Part shown: positions 34,021 through 44,396 of the stretch, one piece after another
Layout: the number at the start of each line of letters is the position of its first letter
How positions within the stretch are numbered: position 1 is the stretch's first letter
Virus record (IMG/VR): IMGVR_UViG_3300025605_000004
Coordinates: 1 to 64,000 of that record
Source of the DNA: a virus
Taxonomy: Duplodnaviria > Caudoviricetes
Direction: 5' to 3' (one strand)
DNA length: 64,000 bases
Notes under the pieces: generated by a model
Told to the model about the DNA's origin: nothing
Database searches by the model: none
The model's input: the letters and a program-made list of their open reading frames with translations, nothing else
Program-made: the position numbers and the translations under genes

Positions 34021-34620
34021 ATGCCAATAATCAACAAAAACAACATCAGCCTCGGCATCGGCAACCTTGAGTTTGGTGATTACGTCAATGACGTTTTCAC
34101 GAGCTACGTGGATGTCGGTGCAATCAAGTCCGAGGTCAACATTGAGCACACGAGAGAGGTCTTGGACTTCGAGAGCGGGCGGCCCCTGGTGGTTATCCTC
34201 CAGGAAGTCATCCGTGAGCGAGTCACACTGACCGCGACTCTCGCAGAGTTGACCGTAGCCACCCTGAAGTCTGCCCTTGGTCAGGGCAACATCACGAGCA
34301 ACACCATTCCGACCTTCCTGGACAGCACTTCAGTAGCCCTGAAGGGCACACTGGAGACTGGTACTAGCCCGGTTACGAGTGGAAACCTGCTCAAGTTCGG
34401 TGGAATCGCTACCCACAACTATGTCGGCATTCGCTTTACTCACGTAAAGGCGAATGGTAAGCGGCAGATTTTCGAGGGTTACAAGGCCAGTCCTTCTGGA
34501 ACCCTGACCCTGCCGTTTAGGGAGTCCGATTGGAACCTGTATCAGGTATCCTTCCGACTCCTGGCTGACACGAGCAAACCTGCTGGTGAGCAGTACTACC
34601 AACTGTTCATCGAACAGTAA
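34021..34620 (+). CDS. Major tail tube protein
   Basis: ISLGIGNL, DVGAIK, TATLAELT...ALG, F..LADTSKP.G; GAGGAG SD; precedes chaperone and tape measure. Confidence 0.8.
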   Translation: MPIINKNNISLGIGNLEFGDYVNDVFTSYVDVGAIKSEVNIEHTREVLDFESGRPLVVILQEVIRERVTLTATLAELTVATLKSALGQGNITSNTIPTFLDSTSVALKGTLETGTSPVTSGNLLKFGGIATHNYVGIRFTHVKANGKRQIFEGYKASPSGTLTLPFRESDWNLYQVSFRLLADTSKPAGEQYYQLFIEQ

Positions 34621-34727
34621 TATGCAAAGTGCATAAGTTGCACGGTCGGACAAGTATGTGGTAAACTGTAGCTGGTAACTTGCTCAATGGTTACCAGCTA
34701 TATTCTTATCAGGAGGCAACTCAGACA

Positions 34728-35234
34728 ATGACCAACAAGTTCCAGTGGGATGATTCTGCACTCGTGCCCGACTCGATAGAGATTAACTATCCAGTCAAGT
34801 TCAACGAGGACGGCACTGTGGCCGAGACCGAAACGGTGCGCCACTTCGAGCTTGCAAGACTAGACCTCGTAAAGTTCATCGCCGATGCTCTGGACAAGAA
34901 GTTTGTCCGTGAGGTCGAGGTAGAGGAAGACGGTCAGAAGGTAACCAAGGCAGAGCGGGTTCCATTCCTGGAAGTTGAGGAGGAGCAGCGCAAGCTTCTG
35001 TTCGACGGTCTTGCGAAGACCACGAGAGGCAAGAAGGACGCTAAGTTCTTCGAGAAACTGACCATCGGCGCACGAGGGATGGACGCCCTCGTGGAGATGT
35101 TCTTCGAGCTTAACCACATTGAGGAAGTGACCGCAACTGGGGGAAACTGGCTGATGCTTCCGACAGTCCGAGAAGCGATGTCGGAGGCAGAGGCCGGAAG
35201 CTCAGAATCCCCGAGTGCGACTTCGGAAGTATAG
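34728..35234 (+). CDS. Tail assembly chaperone (gpG-like)
   Basis: AGGAGG SD before ATG 34728; contains slippery G GGA AAC. Confidence 0.75.
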   Translation: MTNKFQWDDSALVPDSIEINYPVKFNEDGTVAETETVRHFELARLDLVKFIADALDKKFVREVEVEEDGQKVTKAERVPFLEVEEEQRKLLFDGLAKTTRGKKDAKFFEKLTIGARGMDALVEMFFELNHIEEVTATGGNWLMLPTVREAMSEAEAGSSESPSATSEV

Positions 35235-35491
35235 TCGAGGCTCTTTCCGAACGGGGGTGGAGCATCGAATATATCTGTTCCCTGACCTACCGGCAGGTTG
35301 GACTTCTGTGGGAGAGGTACTGGGACAGAAAAGTGTGGGACATAGAAGCTCAAGTCATAACGAATCCGCTTCTCAGTCTGGGTGGCGGTAGCGGCGACTC
35401 AGACCCCGAATCCGGCCCAATAATAGACGCAACAACTGATGCCGGGATAGACAAGCTAGAGAGCCTAGGGCTACCTGTAAAGAGGATTTGA
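35141..35491 (+). CDS. -1 frameshift extension of the chaperone (gpT-like part of gpGT)
   Basis: Heptamer GGGAAAC 35141-35147; -1 frame open to TGA 35489-35491 (...GWSIEYICSLTYRQVGLLW...). Confidence 0.85.
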   Translation, partial: GKLADASDSPRSDVGGRGRKLRIPECDFGSIVEALSERGWSIEYICSLTYRQVGLLWERYWDRKVWDIEAQVITNPLLSLGGGSGDSDPESGPIIDATTDAGIDKLESLGLPVKRI

Positions 35492-35492
35492 C

Positions 35493-38400
35493 ATGAGCAA
35501 CCCAATAGTCTTCGATGCCAGCATAAATACAGCGGGTATGGCCGCTGGTGCGAATCAGGCCGAGGCTATCATAAATAAGATGGCCGCCCAAGTTCAGGCC
35601 AAGGTCGCCACCATGAATAAAGTTATGGGCACCATAACCATGGGTGGCCTCACTGGACTGAATACGTTCGGAGGCTATATCAACAGTGCTGAGAAGGCCA
35701 TCAACGTTACTGGCCGTCTCTCTCAGGCTCTCAATCGCATGACTGGTATCTTCAACGGTGGCCTTGGTATTGGCATTGCTGTGGGCAGCTTGGCCGCCTT
35801 GGTCGGCGGTTTTACTAAGGCCATCGAGAAGGCCAGGGATTTTGAAGTAGCACAGCTTTCCATCGGTGCTACCATTCAGTCTGCCTACAAGATTGTAGAT
35901 AAGTACGGAAAAGAACTCAGGGGCCCCGATGCTTTCGCCATCGCTCAAAGAGAAGCCAAATACCTCAACAGAGACATCATTGAGCGTCAACGAAAGAACA
36001 TCCTCACTTACGAAGAAGAACTCCAGGCATTCCAGGCTGCCCTTATGGCCGGTTCCCGAAAGGGCCTCAACCTGAAGAAGGTACTGGATGTAGCTGAAGC
36101 GGCAGGCATTGTCGCCAAGTCTACGGGAGCGCACGGGGAGGAAATCGGACACGCCGCAAGACTTATTCTCGGCGGCGGCGTAAACGTCTCCAGGTCTCGA
36201 ATTGGGCAGTTGCTCGGTCTTTCAAACCAGGACATCAAGGGCAAGCAGGGCCAGGAATACTATGACTTCATCATGGAAAAGATGAAGGGTTTCACTGCTC
36301 CCGAGATGACCAAATCCTTCTCCGAATCCATCGAAGGTATAACCTCTACTTTGGAATCCCAGTTCGACGTGTTCTGGGCCAGAGTCGGTAAGGGCTTCAT
36401 AGACAAGGTTACTCCTGCTATGCAGAAGCTCGGAGATTTCCTGGACGGCCCTGGGGGAGACCAGCTTTCAGATTCGTTTACCAAGCTCTTTACCGGGATG
36501 TTCGAGGCTTTGGAGAAGATAGCCGGTTCTCCTGCTATCCCACTCCTGATGAAACTCTTTGAGTTCCTGGCACAGAACGCAGACAAGATTGTTATTGTGG
36601 CTGCTCTTACCAAGCTCGTTCAGATTCTTGGAGCCGTGGGGGGAGCCACTAAGGAACTGATGGCGTTCTTCGGAGGTCTTGGTGCCAAGGCTACTGAGGC
36701 TTCCCGGGCCGTTGATAAGTTGGCTGCCTCGAACGCAAATCTCGCTAAGGCCGAAGCTTCCGTTATGGCTGCCGGAGGTGGAAGGGCTATAGGCCCTATA
36801 GCAGCAAAAAAAGCTGCCGCTCAAGCCGCTCTTAGAGAAGAAGAAGCTATCCTGGCTGGCATGGGGCCTCTCGCTATGATGCCTGCTGCCGGAGCGATTG
36901 GTCTTACGGACAAACAGCGCAAGGCTCTAGCCAATATGCCTCTTGCAAAGCGTGATGCTGCGGCAGGCAAGTTCATGGCTCAAAACTTGAACATGGAAGC
37001 CTTTGCCCGGATGGAGCAAGAAATAGAAATGGTTCGAACCTGGCAGATGGCTCAAGTTGCTAAAGTTGCAGAGCTTCGTGCTGCCTCAAACGTCCGGGTT
37101 CCCCTTGGGGAGCGTATGGCTACGGGTTGGGCCAACATGAAGATGGCCGGAGCAGCCGCCTTGCCTATGCTCGGTAAAATGGGAGGCAACGCTCTTAAGG
37201 GTGTCCTTATAACTCAGCTTGGCGACTTCATACTGCCTGAGAACATAACCAACACTGAAGCCTGGAACATGGCTCAGTGGGGAATCCCGATTGGTTATGG
37301 CCTTGCTCCTGCTATACCTGGTTTGATAACCAAGTCTAAACAGCTTGGGCCTATGAGTACCACTGGTCTGCTTAAAAGTGCCGGAACTAAAATCGCTGGA
37401 GGAGCGAGTTCGCTTTGGGGGAGTGCTGCCGCTACTATAGCCGGGGCCGGAGGAGGTCTTGCTGGACTAAAGGCTCTCGGAGGAATCACCTTATCTGGAG
37501 CCGGAGCACTAGCAGCGGTTGCAGGGGTACCCCTAATTGGCATAGGTTCTATAATAGCCATGCACCATTACGCAAGAAGCATGAACAAGGCGTTTGAGCA
37601 GGAAGCAGAAGCTACCAAAGCTGCTGCTGATATAGTAGAGGCTTACCCTGTTGCCGCAGAGATTGCGAAAACCAAAAGACAGCGACAAATGCTAGCTGAA
37701 GACCTTAAAGCTGGTCTTACTGAATCTCGATCTGGATTGAATTTAGAAGATGGACGGGGTGAAAGATTCCTTAAAAATTATGATGAAAAACTAAAAAAAC
37801 TTCAAAAAGAAAATAAGTTTGCGGCTATAGAACCCGATAATCTTGTCGGTAGGGGTAAGCAGATGGAGGCACAAGCAAAATATCTAGCAACACTGGCGGG
37901 AGTAGGTTATGGCCCTGAACAGTTTGGTAGACAGCTAAGAGCGGAGTCTGCTCTGAGAAAAGCAAAAATTGAGCAGATGTATATTGATGAACAAATCACT
38001 GATGCTCAAAAGACCAAACTACAAACAGAAGTCGATAACTGGGCCAAAGACCAGAGAACAAAAGAAAGCATAGACAAGAAGCGTCTGGAGGCCAGCTTGA
38101 AGGCTCCATCACTCCAGAACAAGCTCTCTGAGGGCCTGCTAGGTGTCGAAGCTGCAATGCTGCCGTGGAAATCCAAGCTTCCGGCAGAGGAGTATCAAAA
38201 GTTCCTTGCGACTGCCAAGAAGCGGTTCGAGGAAGACTTCAATATGCCCCTCAAGAAGACTGAGCAAGAGATTTCTGCTCTGTCTATGGGCGTCTCCTCT
38301 GAGAACGTAGCTGAAAGCGTAAAGCTCGCTTACAAGGCGACTGAACTAAAGCTCAAGGAGATGCGGGATGTCTCCCAAGAGGTCAAGGATAAGGTTCTGA

Positions 38401-39218
38401 AGCAGCGGTTTGCTCAGATGGAAGTTGACCTTGCTCTGTTCCAGGACGCCATGCATAACCAGAGCTTCGGCAGGACGGATATTGCACGAATCTACGGACG
38501 TGGCGACCAGCAACTTCATCTAGCCTCTTACAAGAGACAGCAGATGCTTGCTGGGGCCGCCAATATGAATATGCTCCAGCAGGCCCTAGCGTTCGGTGAG
38601 GACATCCAGAATGCCCGGTCAGTGCTGGCACCTGAACAACTGTGGCAGTATGCTCAGAATCAGTATAGGAACACTCGCTCAAACATCAAGTCTCAATTCT
38701 TCAACATGGGTGAGCAGCGGTGGCAGTTGGAGATGCAGGCACGGCAGGCTGCTACAGCGGCTAGAACCTGGAATTGGAACTTGACCGACTTCGACCAGAT
38801 GGCTATGGACTTTGCCCGAAAACAAGCTGCTTGGGAAGAAGCTGAGAGACGTGGGCCTATCGACTACGAAGACCTGCTGGAAATGGCAAGACAGGAACTT
38901 CGTGACCAGAAGTCGGCGGCAGACCATGCCAGTGCTCAGGCAAGTAAGGCCCTTCAAGAGTTCAATACGAAGTTCCCCACAGGCCAGGTAGCCGAGGACT
39001 TCAACAAGGCAATGGAGGCAGCTACTAAAGCCCTGAACGACCTTGCTGACGACATTGGCAGGGGTCAGGCGAAAGGTGAGACCGGTAGAACCACAAACAA
39101 CTTTGACATCAAGATTGACCCCAAGGTTGGGCTAACTGATAAGGAGAAGGTCTCCCTGGCCGAGGAAGTCAAACAGCGGATATGTCGAGAACTGAGGGCA
39201 TCAGGGAGCAGAGGATAA
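35493..39218 (+). CDS. Tape measure protein
   Basis: 1241 aa, Ala/Gly-rich and helical, hydrophobic stretches, canonical position. Confidence 0.9.
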   Translation: MSNPIVFDASINTAGMAAGANQAEAIINKMAAQVQAKVATMNKVMGTITMGGLTGLNTFGGYINSAEKAINVTGRLSQALNRMTGIFNGGLGIGIAVGSLAALVGGFTKAIEKARDFEVAQLSIGATIQSAYKIVDKYGKELRGPDAFAIAQREAKYLNRDIIERQRKNILTYEEELQAFQAALMAGSRKGLNLKKVLDVAEAAGIVAKSTGAHGEEIGHAARLILGGGVNVSRSRIGQLLGLSNQDIKGKQGQEYYDFIMEKMKGFTAPEMTKSFSESIEGITSTLESQFDVFWARVGKGFIDKVTPAMQKLGDFLDGPGGDQLSDSFTKLFTGMFEALEKIAGSPAIPLLMKLFEFLAQNADKIVIVAALTKLVQILGAVGGATKELMAFFGGLGAKATEASRAVDKLAASNANLAKAEASVMAAGGGRAIGPIAAKKAAAQAALREEEAILAGMGPLAMMPAAGAIGLTDKQRKALANMPLAKRDAAAGKFMAQNLNMEAFARMEQEIEMVRTWQMAQVAKVAELRAASNVRVPLGERMATGWANMKMAGAAALPMLGKMGGNALKGVLITQLGDFILPENITNTEAWNMAQWGIPIGYGLAPAIPGLITKSKQLGPMSTTGLLKSAGTKIAGGASSLWGSAAATIAGAGGGLAGLKALGGITLSGAGALAAVAGVPLIGIGSIIAMHHYARSMNKAFEQEAEATKAAADIVEAYPVAAEIAKTKRQRQMLAEDLKAGLTESRSGLNLEDGRGERFLKNYDEKLKKLQKENKFAAIEPDNLVGRGKQMEAQAKYLATLAGVGYGPEQFGRQLRAESALRKAKIEQMYIDEQITDAQKTKLQTEVDNWAKDQRTKESIDKKRLEASLKAPSLQNKLSEGLLGVEAAMLPWKSKLPAEEYQKFLATAKKRFEEDFNMPLKKTEQEISALSMGVSSENVAESVKLAYKATELKLKEMRDVSQEVKDKVLKQRFAQMEVDLALFQDAMHNQSFGRTDIARIYGRGDQQLHLASYKRQQMLAGAANMNMLQQALAFGEDIQNARSVLAPEQLWQYAQNQYRNTRSNIKSQFFNMGEQRWQLEMQARQAATAARTWNWNLTDFDQMAMDFARKQAAWEEAERRGPIDYEDLLEMARQELRDQKSAADHASAQASKALQEFNTKFPTGQVAEDFNKAMEAATKALNDLADDIGRGQAKGETGRTTNNFDIKIDPKVGLTDKEKVSLAEEVKQRICRELRASGSRG

Positions 39219-39222
39219 CTAA

Positions 39223-39657
39223 ATGGGAGAAACACCAACATATACAGGCGTATCACAAATCAAGCTCGACGGCATACCTCTGGACATTGACCCGGAGAAA
39301 TACACGATGCTCGGCGGCAAGCGGCGAGGCTCTGTTCACAGAACGATAGATGGCGGCACTGTCTATCAGGACAGAGGCTTCTCTGCTACCGACATGAGTA
39401 TCCTGCTCTCCGGCAGGCTAACCGATGTCACAACGCTTCGTGCCTTGTTTGCCATCTACCGGAAAACTGGATACACATTCAACTTCGAGGACTTCAAAGG
39501 TAACATCTTCGTGGTCTGCTTCACGCCTGGAGTAGAGTCATTCTCTGCTGAACCTATTCACGGTTCAAACCGAGCCTACGCATTCCAAATATCGTTGTCC
39601 GTAGTATCGGTAACTAAGTGGCTTAACGATGAGGGTGGTTTGCCCACTAGCGAATAA
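39223..39657 (+). CDS. Putative distal tail protein
   Basis: Follows the tape measure; HRTIDGGTVYQD motif. Confidence 0.55.
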   Translation: MGETPTYTGVSQIKLDGIPLDIDPEKYTMLGGKRRGSVHRTIDGGTVYQDRGFSATDMSILLSGRLTDVTTLRALFAIYRKTGYTFNFEDFKGNIFVVCFTPGVESFSAEPIHGSNRAYAFQISLSVVSVTKWLNDEGGLPTSE

Positions 39658-39698
39658 CGATACTTTGTGCTATACTGGGTGTGGGAGGATAGACCAGT

Positions 39699-40661
39699 AT
39701 GCGCGTATGTATAATTAGGCAACGTCCGGCCATAGGTGATTGTCTACTATTGGCCCCTTTAATCTCGCAAGTACGCAGGAAGCATCCCAAACCCACTATC
39801 ACCGTCATCACCGACCCCGCCTATATGTGTGGCGCATTGCCCACCGTATTCGGTGGCATTCCCGGAGTAGACAGGATAGAGTGCATTGACTCTCAAGAAT
39901 GGACGACTGAGGACAATCGCAGAATCGACGCACGACTTCAAGGTGCATCGACCACGGAAACGCCTTACTCCGTAAAGAACGCCGACCTTGTGCTGAACTG
40001 CAACTCCGCTTTCATGGAGTTCGAGCGGGAACATAACGGAAGGCCGCCTTACGGAATTGCTGAGTTTTGGCTCAAGCATCATGGATACTATGAGGAGGGT
40101 GTATCCCTTCTCCCTCAATATGAGGTTTCCAAAGAACGAGCTATCGAGGTTGAACACTGGCTTGAATTAAACAATCCGAATGACAAGCCAATGGTAGGCA
40201 TCGTTGCTCGTGCCGGTGACTCTGCCCGTGACTGGGATTATGACGGCAAATCCAGCAGAGTAGCCGACTGGCTGCATACCTCCGGGTATCTGCCCATAGG
40301 CATCGACCCTTACAAAAAGATAGCCAGCCCCTATGCCATCAACTGCATAGGCCACAAAATCGACTTCGTAGCAGCACTGCTCGCAAGGATGCGCTTGGTG
40401 CTCACCCCTGACACAGGAATCTTACACCTTGCACAGGCCGTAGGAACGCCTACAGTGGCCCTGTGGGGCATTATGCCACCTGAACTCCGTGTCAAGGGTT
40501 ACGACTGCATTGTAGTGCCCAAACGGTCACTCGGCTTCTGTCAGAGCCAGGATGAGCTACGACACTGCCAGTGTAGATGGAAGTTCCAGCGATGGAGTTG
40601 TCTGCACAGACTGACTCTGAATATGATTATCGCTGGGCTGGAAGAAGCACTCAGTAAATGA
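39699..40661 (+). CDS. Glycosyltransferase family 9 (heptosyltransferase-like)
   Basis: AIGDCLL, PDTGILHLAQAVGTPTVALWG, C-terminal Cys cluster; own TGTGCTATACT promoter at 39666-39676. Confidence 0.9.
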   Translation: MRVCIIRQRPAIGDCLLLAPLISQVRRKHPKPTITVITDPAYMCGALPTVFGGIPGVDRIECIDSQEWTTEDNRRIDARLQGASTTETPYSVKNADLVLNCNSAFMEFEREHNGRPPYGIAEFWLKHHGYYEEGVSLLPQYEVSKERAIEVEHWLELNNPNDKPMVGIVARAGDSARDWDYDGKSSRVADWLHTSGYLPIGIDPYKKIASPYAINCIGHKIDFVAALLARMRLVLTPDTGILHLAQAVGTPTVALWGIMPPELRVKGYDCIVVPKRSLGFCQSQDELRHCQCRWKFQRWSCLHRLTLNMIIAGLEEALSK

Positions 40662-41395
40662 AAAGCCCTAGCGTTCTCACCGAGGAGAAAGTTATACAGA
40701 TACTCGACTTGCTCAGGCAAAGGGTTCCTCAACGGGTCATAGCCGAGAAGTTCGGAGTGTCGAAGAAAACCATCAGCCGAATCAATACGGGTGAGACTTG
40801 GCGAGACGTGTCCCTTCGTTACAATCAGCGCAGTCCCTCTACACATGTACAACTACCCAACTTGAACATCGTTCCGGTGTCACCTGAGACAGCAGACCTC
40901 ATGGACGAATTGGTAGGAGTGAAGAACGCCTTTTGCCTCGATTTTAAGCAGCCCATCTACTGGGGATGGTTTGAGGGCTGGGATGGTGTTCACTCGGTCG
41001 TCTCGGACGGTTACATTATCTGGGAGTCCACAGACCTTGTAGCTTATGCCCAAAAGCTCGCTGCTACGAATATAGAAGGGTATCCTATATACGCTGATAA
41101 AGCCGAAGAACTACCAACATTTGAGTTGGAAGACATAATGACACTTAACCCAGGCGAGAAATACACCATTGACGCCACTGCTGGTGATGTTGTAAGATTA
41201 GTAAGTAAAGACAAGGCTGTTTGTCTAAGGCAGAAATATGTAAACCTTGCTAACCGTATGAGGTTGGACATTAGAGTAGCGGGCAAGTCGGATGATTATG
41301 TATATCTTACCCGCAATAAACCAAAATCTCCCAATGACCCGTTGCCGATTGTCATAGCCTGTGTATCCACAATCAAGGAGGCAACTGATGAGTAA
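40658..41395 (+). CDS. HTH DNA-binding protein with unknown C-terminal domain
   Basis: LTEEKVIQI...PQRVIAEKFGVSKKTISRINTGETW. Confidence 0.7.
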   Translation: MKSPSVLTEEKVIQILDLLRQRVPQRVIAEKFGVSKKTISRINTGETWRDVSLRYNQRSPSTHVQLPNLNIVPVSPETADLMDELVGVKNAFCLDFKQPIYWGWFEGWDGVHSVVSDGYIIWESTDLVAYAQKLAATNIEGYPIYADKAEELPTFELEDIMTLNPGEKYTIDATAGDVVRLVSKDKAVCLRQKYVNLANRMRLDIRVAGKSDDYVYLTRNKPKSPNDPLPIVIACVSTIKEATDE

Positions 41396-41684
41396 CACTG
41401 GACAGAAATGCGCCGTACCCGAGGAACAGGATGGCATCAAAGTCATCCACAAAACTGAATCCATCACCATCCGTGAACGCACCGAGGTCAATCAGTTCAA
41501 GGTCGAGGCCATGAAAGATTTCCTGGACGTAATCGCGGATGAGGACGTGGACACAATGTTCCTTGCAATGCTGGAAGCTGGAAAGCAACTCGGATACAAC
41601 CTGAAGGGAGAGCCTGAGACTATCCTGGCAGCAGTGAACAAGGGGTTCAGCGGTGGGCAGGAAACCGTACATCCTGGTAGTTAG
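41388..41684 (+). CDS. Hypothetical protein
   Basis: AAGGAGG SD before ATG 41388. Confidence 0.6.
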   Translation: MSNTGQKCAVPEEQDGIKVIHKTESITIRERTEVNQFKVEAMKDFLDVIADEDVDTMFLAMLEAGKQLGYNLKGEPETILAAVNKGFSGGQETVHPGS

Positions 41685-42651
41685 GCAGCTTGGAGGCATC
41701 GGCGATGTCCTGATGCTATCCTGTGTCTTCCGGGGCCTCCGGGAGAAGTTTCCCAAGCATACCCTAAAATGTGTAACAGCCGAGGTCTACCTTGCTGGAG
41801 CACTGATGGACTTGGTTACCCACAATCCCCTGATTGATGAGGTCATAGCTATCGAGCCTTGGGATATGACCGGGAAGCGCACCCGTGAGGTCTGGAACCG
41901 TTACTATGCTGGTTCTTCTCCCCTGGAAGATGAGCTTCTATGGACTATGGCTGATGAAGCCTATGACCTCAATACACCTTGCGTGGAGTATGAGTGGGAG
42001 GCAATGAAGAATGGTGGAATCAAGAAACCCAGATACCAAATCTGGTGCGATGCTGCCGGAGTCGTTCCTTCAAGCTATGCCCCGATTTATCGAGTGCGAC
42101 CTGAAGAACGTGCTCGTGCCGAGTCTTATGCCGAGGAGCACTGGCCCAAAGGAAAACCCGTTGTCGGACTGGCCCTCACTTCCTGCGATAAGCGTCGAGC
42201 GATGCCCGTTGGTAAGCTTCAAGACATCGCTCGTGGTCTCACTGGACGAGGGCTTCATGTCGTCACCATTGACCCAACGGCTAGACTTGATGGCGTTGAT
42301 TCAATCGTCGGCAAAAGAATTAGTGAACTCATGGCTCTCATCGAGCGAATGGACGTTGTTATCTCACCCGATTCGGGAGTCTTGCACATGGCTGGAACCC
42401 TCGGAGTCCCAGTCGTCGGAGTTTTCGGGCCGACCGACCAGAGTATGCGAATGGGAAACTATCTGGGCAGTGCGACCGACTCTAAGTACCTCGTAGACTG
42501 CGCTTACTGTTGGTATGAATATCCCTGCCTTGGTAGTAGTGGCAATGGTCATAAGCCTTACGAATGTATAAGTCTCATCTCAGCAGATGTGATAGTTGAG
42601 GAGACAGTCAGATGGGCTACTCAGCGCACTGAATACAGGCGCAAAGTGTAG
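41653..42651 (+). CDS. Second glycosyltransferase family 9
   Basis: GIGDVLM, NPLIDEV, PDSGVLHMAGTLGVPVVGVFGPT, CAYC...C...C. Confidence 0.92.
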   Translation: MGRKPYILVVRQLGGIGDVLMLSCVFRGLREKFPKHTLKCVTAEVYLAGALMDLVTHNPLIDEVIAIEPWDMTGKRTREVWNRYYAGSSPLEDELLWTMADEAYDLNTPCVEYEWEAMKNGGIKKPRYQIWCDAAGVVPSSYAPIYRVRPEERARAESYAEEHWPKGKPVVGLALTSCDKRRAMPVGKLQDIARGLTGRGLHVVTIDPTARLDGVDSIVGKRISELMALIERMDVVISPDSGVLHMAGTLGVPVVGVFGPTDQSMRMGNYLGSATDSKYLVDCAYCWYEYPCLGSSGNGHKPYECISLISADVIVEETVRWATQRTEYRRKV

Positions 42652-42675
42652 ACCCTATGGTATAATGAGGATACT

Positions 42676-43041
42676 ATGGCTGCGAATATCGAAATACAAA
42701 ATGATGCAGGAGTGGCACTAACGTCATTCGACTTCGGTGCGATAGGTGGAGGCCAAAGTGGTCAGTATAAGTTCCGTGTCCAGAACGTAGGCGATACGGA
42801 AGCTACTTCAGTATCCATCTATCTTCAACGCCTCTCAGCAAATGACGGCATAGACTATGCCCTGATTGCTGAGGACATTGACGGCAATCCCGGCGCATTC
42901 GCGGCCAACGTTCTTAACGTCGGCACCCTTGCTCCAGGAGCATACGTCTACTTCTGGGCCAAGGTTATAGTGCCTGCTGGAACGACACCAGCAGGCAACC
43001 CCCGACAATTTGATGCCGTTGTGCAGTATACGGGAACTTAG
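42676..43041 (+). CDS. Small Ig-like beta protein, probably virion-associated
   Basis: DFG.I, VQNVGD, GTLAPG..YFW; TGGTATAAT promoter upstream. Confidence 0.6.
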   Translation: MAANIEIQNDAGVALTSFDFGAIGGGQSGQYKFRVQNVGDTEATSVSIYLQRLSANDGIDYALIAEDIDGNPGAFAANVLNVGTLAPGAYVYFWAKVIVPAGTTPAGNPRQFDAVVQYTGT

Positions 43042-43052
43042 GAGGAACCACG

Positions 43053-43556
43053 ATGCCTGCCACCTTTTCATGGGCACAGACAGTAGGTGCCCCGACAGGC
43101 ACGAGGCAAGACCTGGGCAGTTCGGGTAACCTCGTGAACTTCAAGAACATAGACAGTATCGGAACGAGTGATTATGCTCAGTATCCGGTGCCCGCTGGTA
43201 GCAACAGCTATGAGGTCTGGCTCCAGGGTCATTTTACTGGCACATTCAACAGTATCTATGACCTGCGGTTCTGGATGAGCACGGATTTCAGTCCGAATAC
43301 CGGACTTATCGTCAAGGCCAACACTCAGCAGCAACTCTACTGCCAGCCGACAAACGCTACGTCGTCGATAGCTACAAGCACGATTGGTACAAGCGACCCA
43401 GGAACGGCCAATGTCACCATAGGTGGTAGCTTGACCTCCTCGCTGACAACCAGCGGATATACAGACTACATCGTGCTCCAGCTTCAGACCACGACAGCGG
43501 CACCGGCAGGAGATACGTCCTTGGCGACATTCTCCCTGTCTTACATTGAAACATAA
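43053..43556 (+). CDS. Thr/Ser-rich beta protein, probably virion-associated
   Basis: S/T-rich; YIVLQLQT..A.AGD motif; AGGAGG SD. Confidence 0.6.
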   Translation: MPATFSWAQTVGAPTGTRQDLGSSGNLVNFKNIDSIGTSDYAQYPVPAGSNSYEVWLQGHFTGTFNSIYDLRFWMSTDFSPNTGLIVKANTQQQLYCQPTNATSSIATSTIGTSDPGTANVTIGGSLTSSLTTSGYTDYIVLQLQTTTAAPAGDTSLATFSLSYIET

Positions 43557-44391
43557 TCAATCATCTATCTTGGAGGCAACATTGATAGAAGCAAAGCAAC
43601 TCGTAACGGAGTCTGAGGCTGATAAGCTTGTGTCGTTCAGAGACGACCTAAGACCTCCCAAGGTGGTCTTTGGCCGATGTGCAATCACAGGTGAGTGGGG
43701 CAAGTGCGTCACTATCGACCTTGGCGACATCTGCTTCCAGGCCCCGGATACCGAACGAGGAGTTGAATACGACCCGAAGACGGGTGATGTCAGATTTACA
43801 ATCTGGAAGCCTGCGGTGTTCAACAATCAGCTAACAATCTCTGAATTGGGGCTGAAGCGGCTTCTGGAATATGCGGAGAGCCAAGAGAACCCGATTCCGG
43901 GAATAACCCCGGAACTGGTCTACAAATGGCAGGTTTCCTACCGAGACGGCTCCGCACTTACACAGTTCAGGATGGAAAACGATGAAGAAGTTGAGGTCAA
44001 TTCTCAGGAGATTGTTTTCTCGGAGGTTGCTCAGTTTAGCCTAGTGCCCCGGTACCCTGGGGGCAGCTTGCCAACGTTTACCTTTGTTAAGGAGACAGGC
44101 AAGTTCTTCTGCAATGGTGCTGAAATCGACACCATGTATGATGGGCCTTACTTCCCTGAGTCAGAGTTGGTTTACTGCCGCAAGGTGGCCCATACTTGGG
44201 GTTCCGGCGTAGGCCCGAATGGACTTGATAGACAGATAACCAACGTCTATACGAATGTCCTTCAGATATTCGGATGGCGTGTTGGTGGTTTCACGGCGTT
44301 CGTTGAGAAGCATGACACTCCGGGCTGCATTATCGCCGTGGATGAGCGGGGCAACTGGAGACCCTACGACTATACGTTCGAGCATAGGTAG
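43546..44391 (+). CDS. Hypothetical protein
   Basis: Fills the gap in the structural operon; true start may be TTG ~43582 after GGAGG. Confidence 0.6.
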   Translation: MKHNQSSILEATLIEAKQLVTESEADKLVSFRDDLRPPKVVFGRCAITGEWGKCVTIDLGDICFQAPDTERGVEYDPKTGDVRFTIWKPAVFNNQLTISELGLKRLLEYAESQENPIPGITPELVYKWQVSYRDGSALTQFRMENDEEVEVNSQEIVFSEVAQFSLVPRYPGGSLPTFTFVKETGKFFCNGAEIDTMYDGPYFPESELVYCRKVAHTWGSGVGPNGLDRQITNVYTNVLQIFGWRVGGFTAFVEKHDTPGCIIAVDERGNWRPYDYTFEHR

Positions 44392-44396
44392 AGACG

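Noticed and set aside
37620-38070. Separate insertion element in the tape measure gene
   Set aside because: Locally A-rich but in frame, with no intein, intron or repeat boundaries; more likely mosaic or Lys/Glu-rich sequence.
40658-41395. HNH homing endonuclease
   Set aside because: Only the HTH module often attached to such enzymes is present; no HNH motif is visible.
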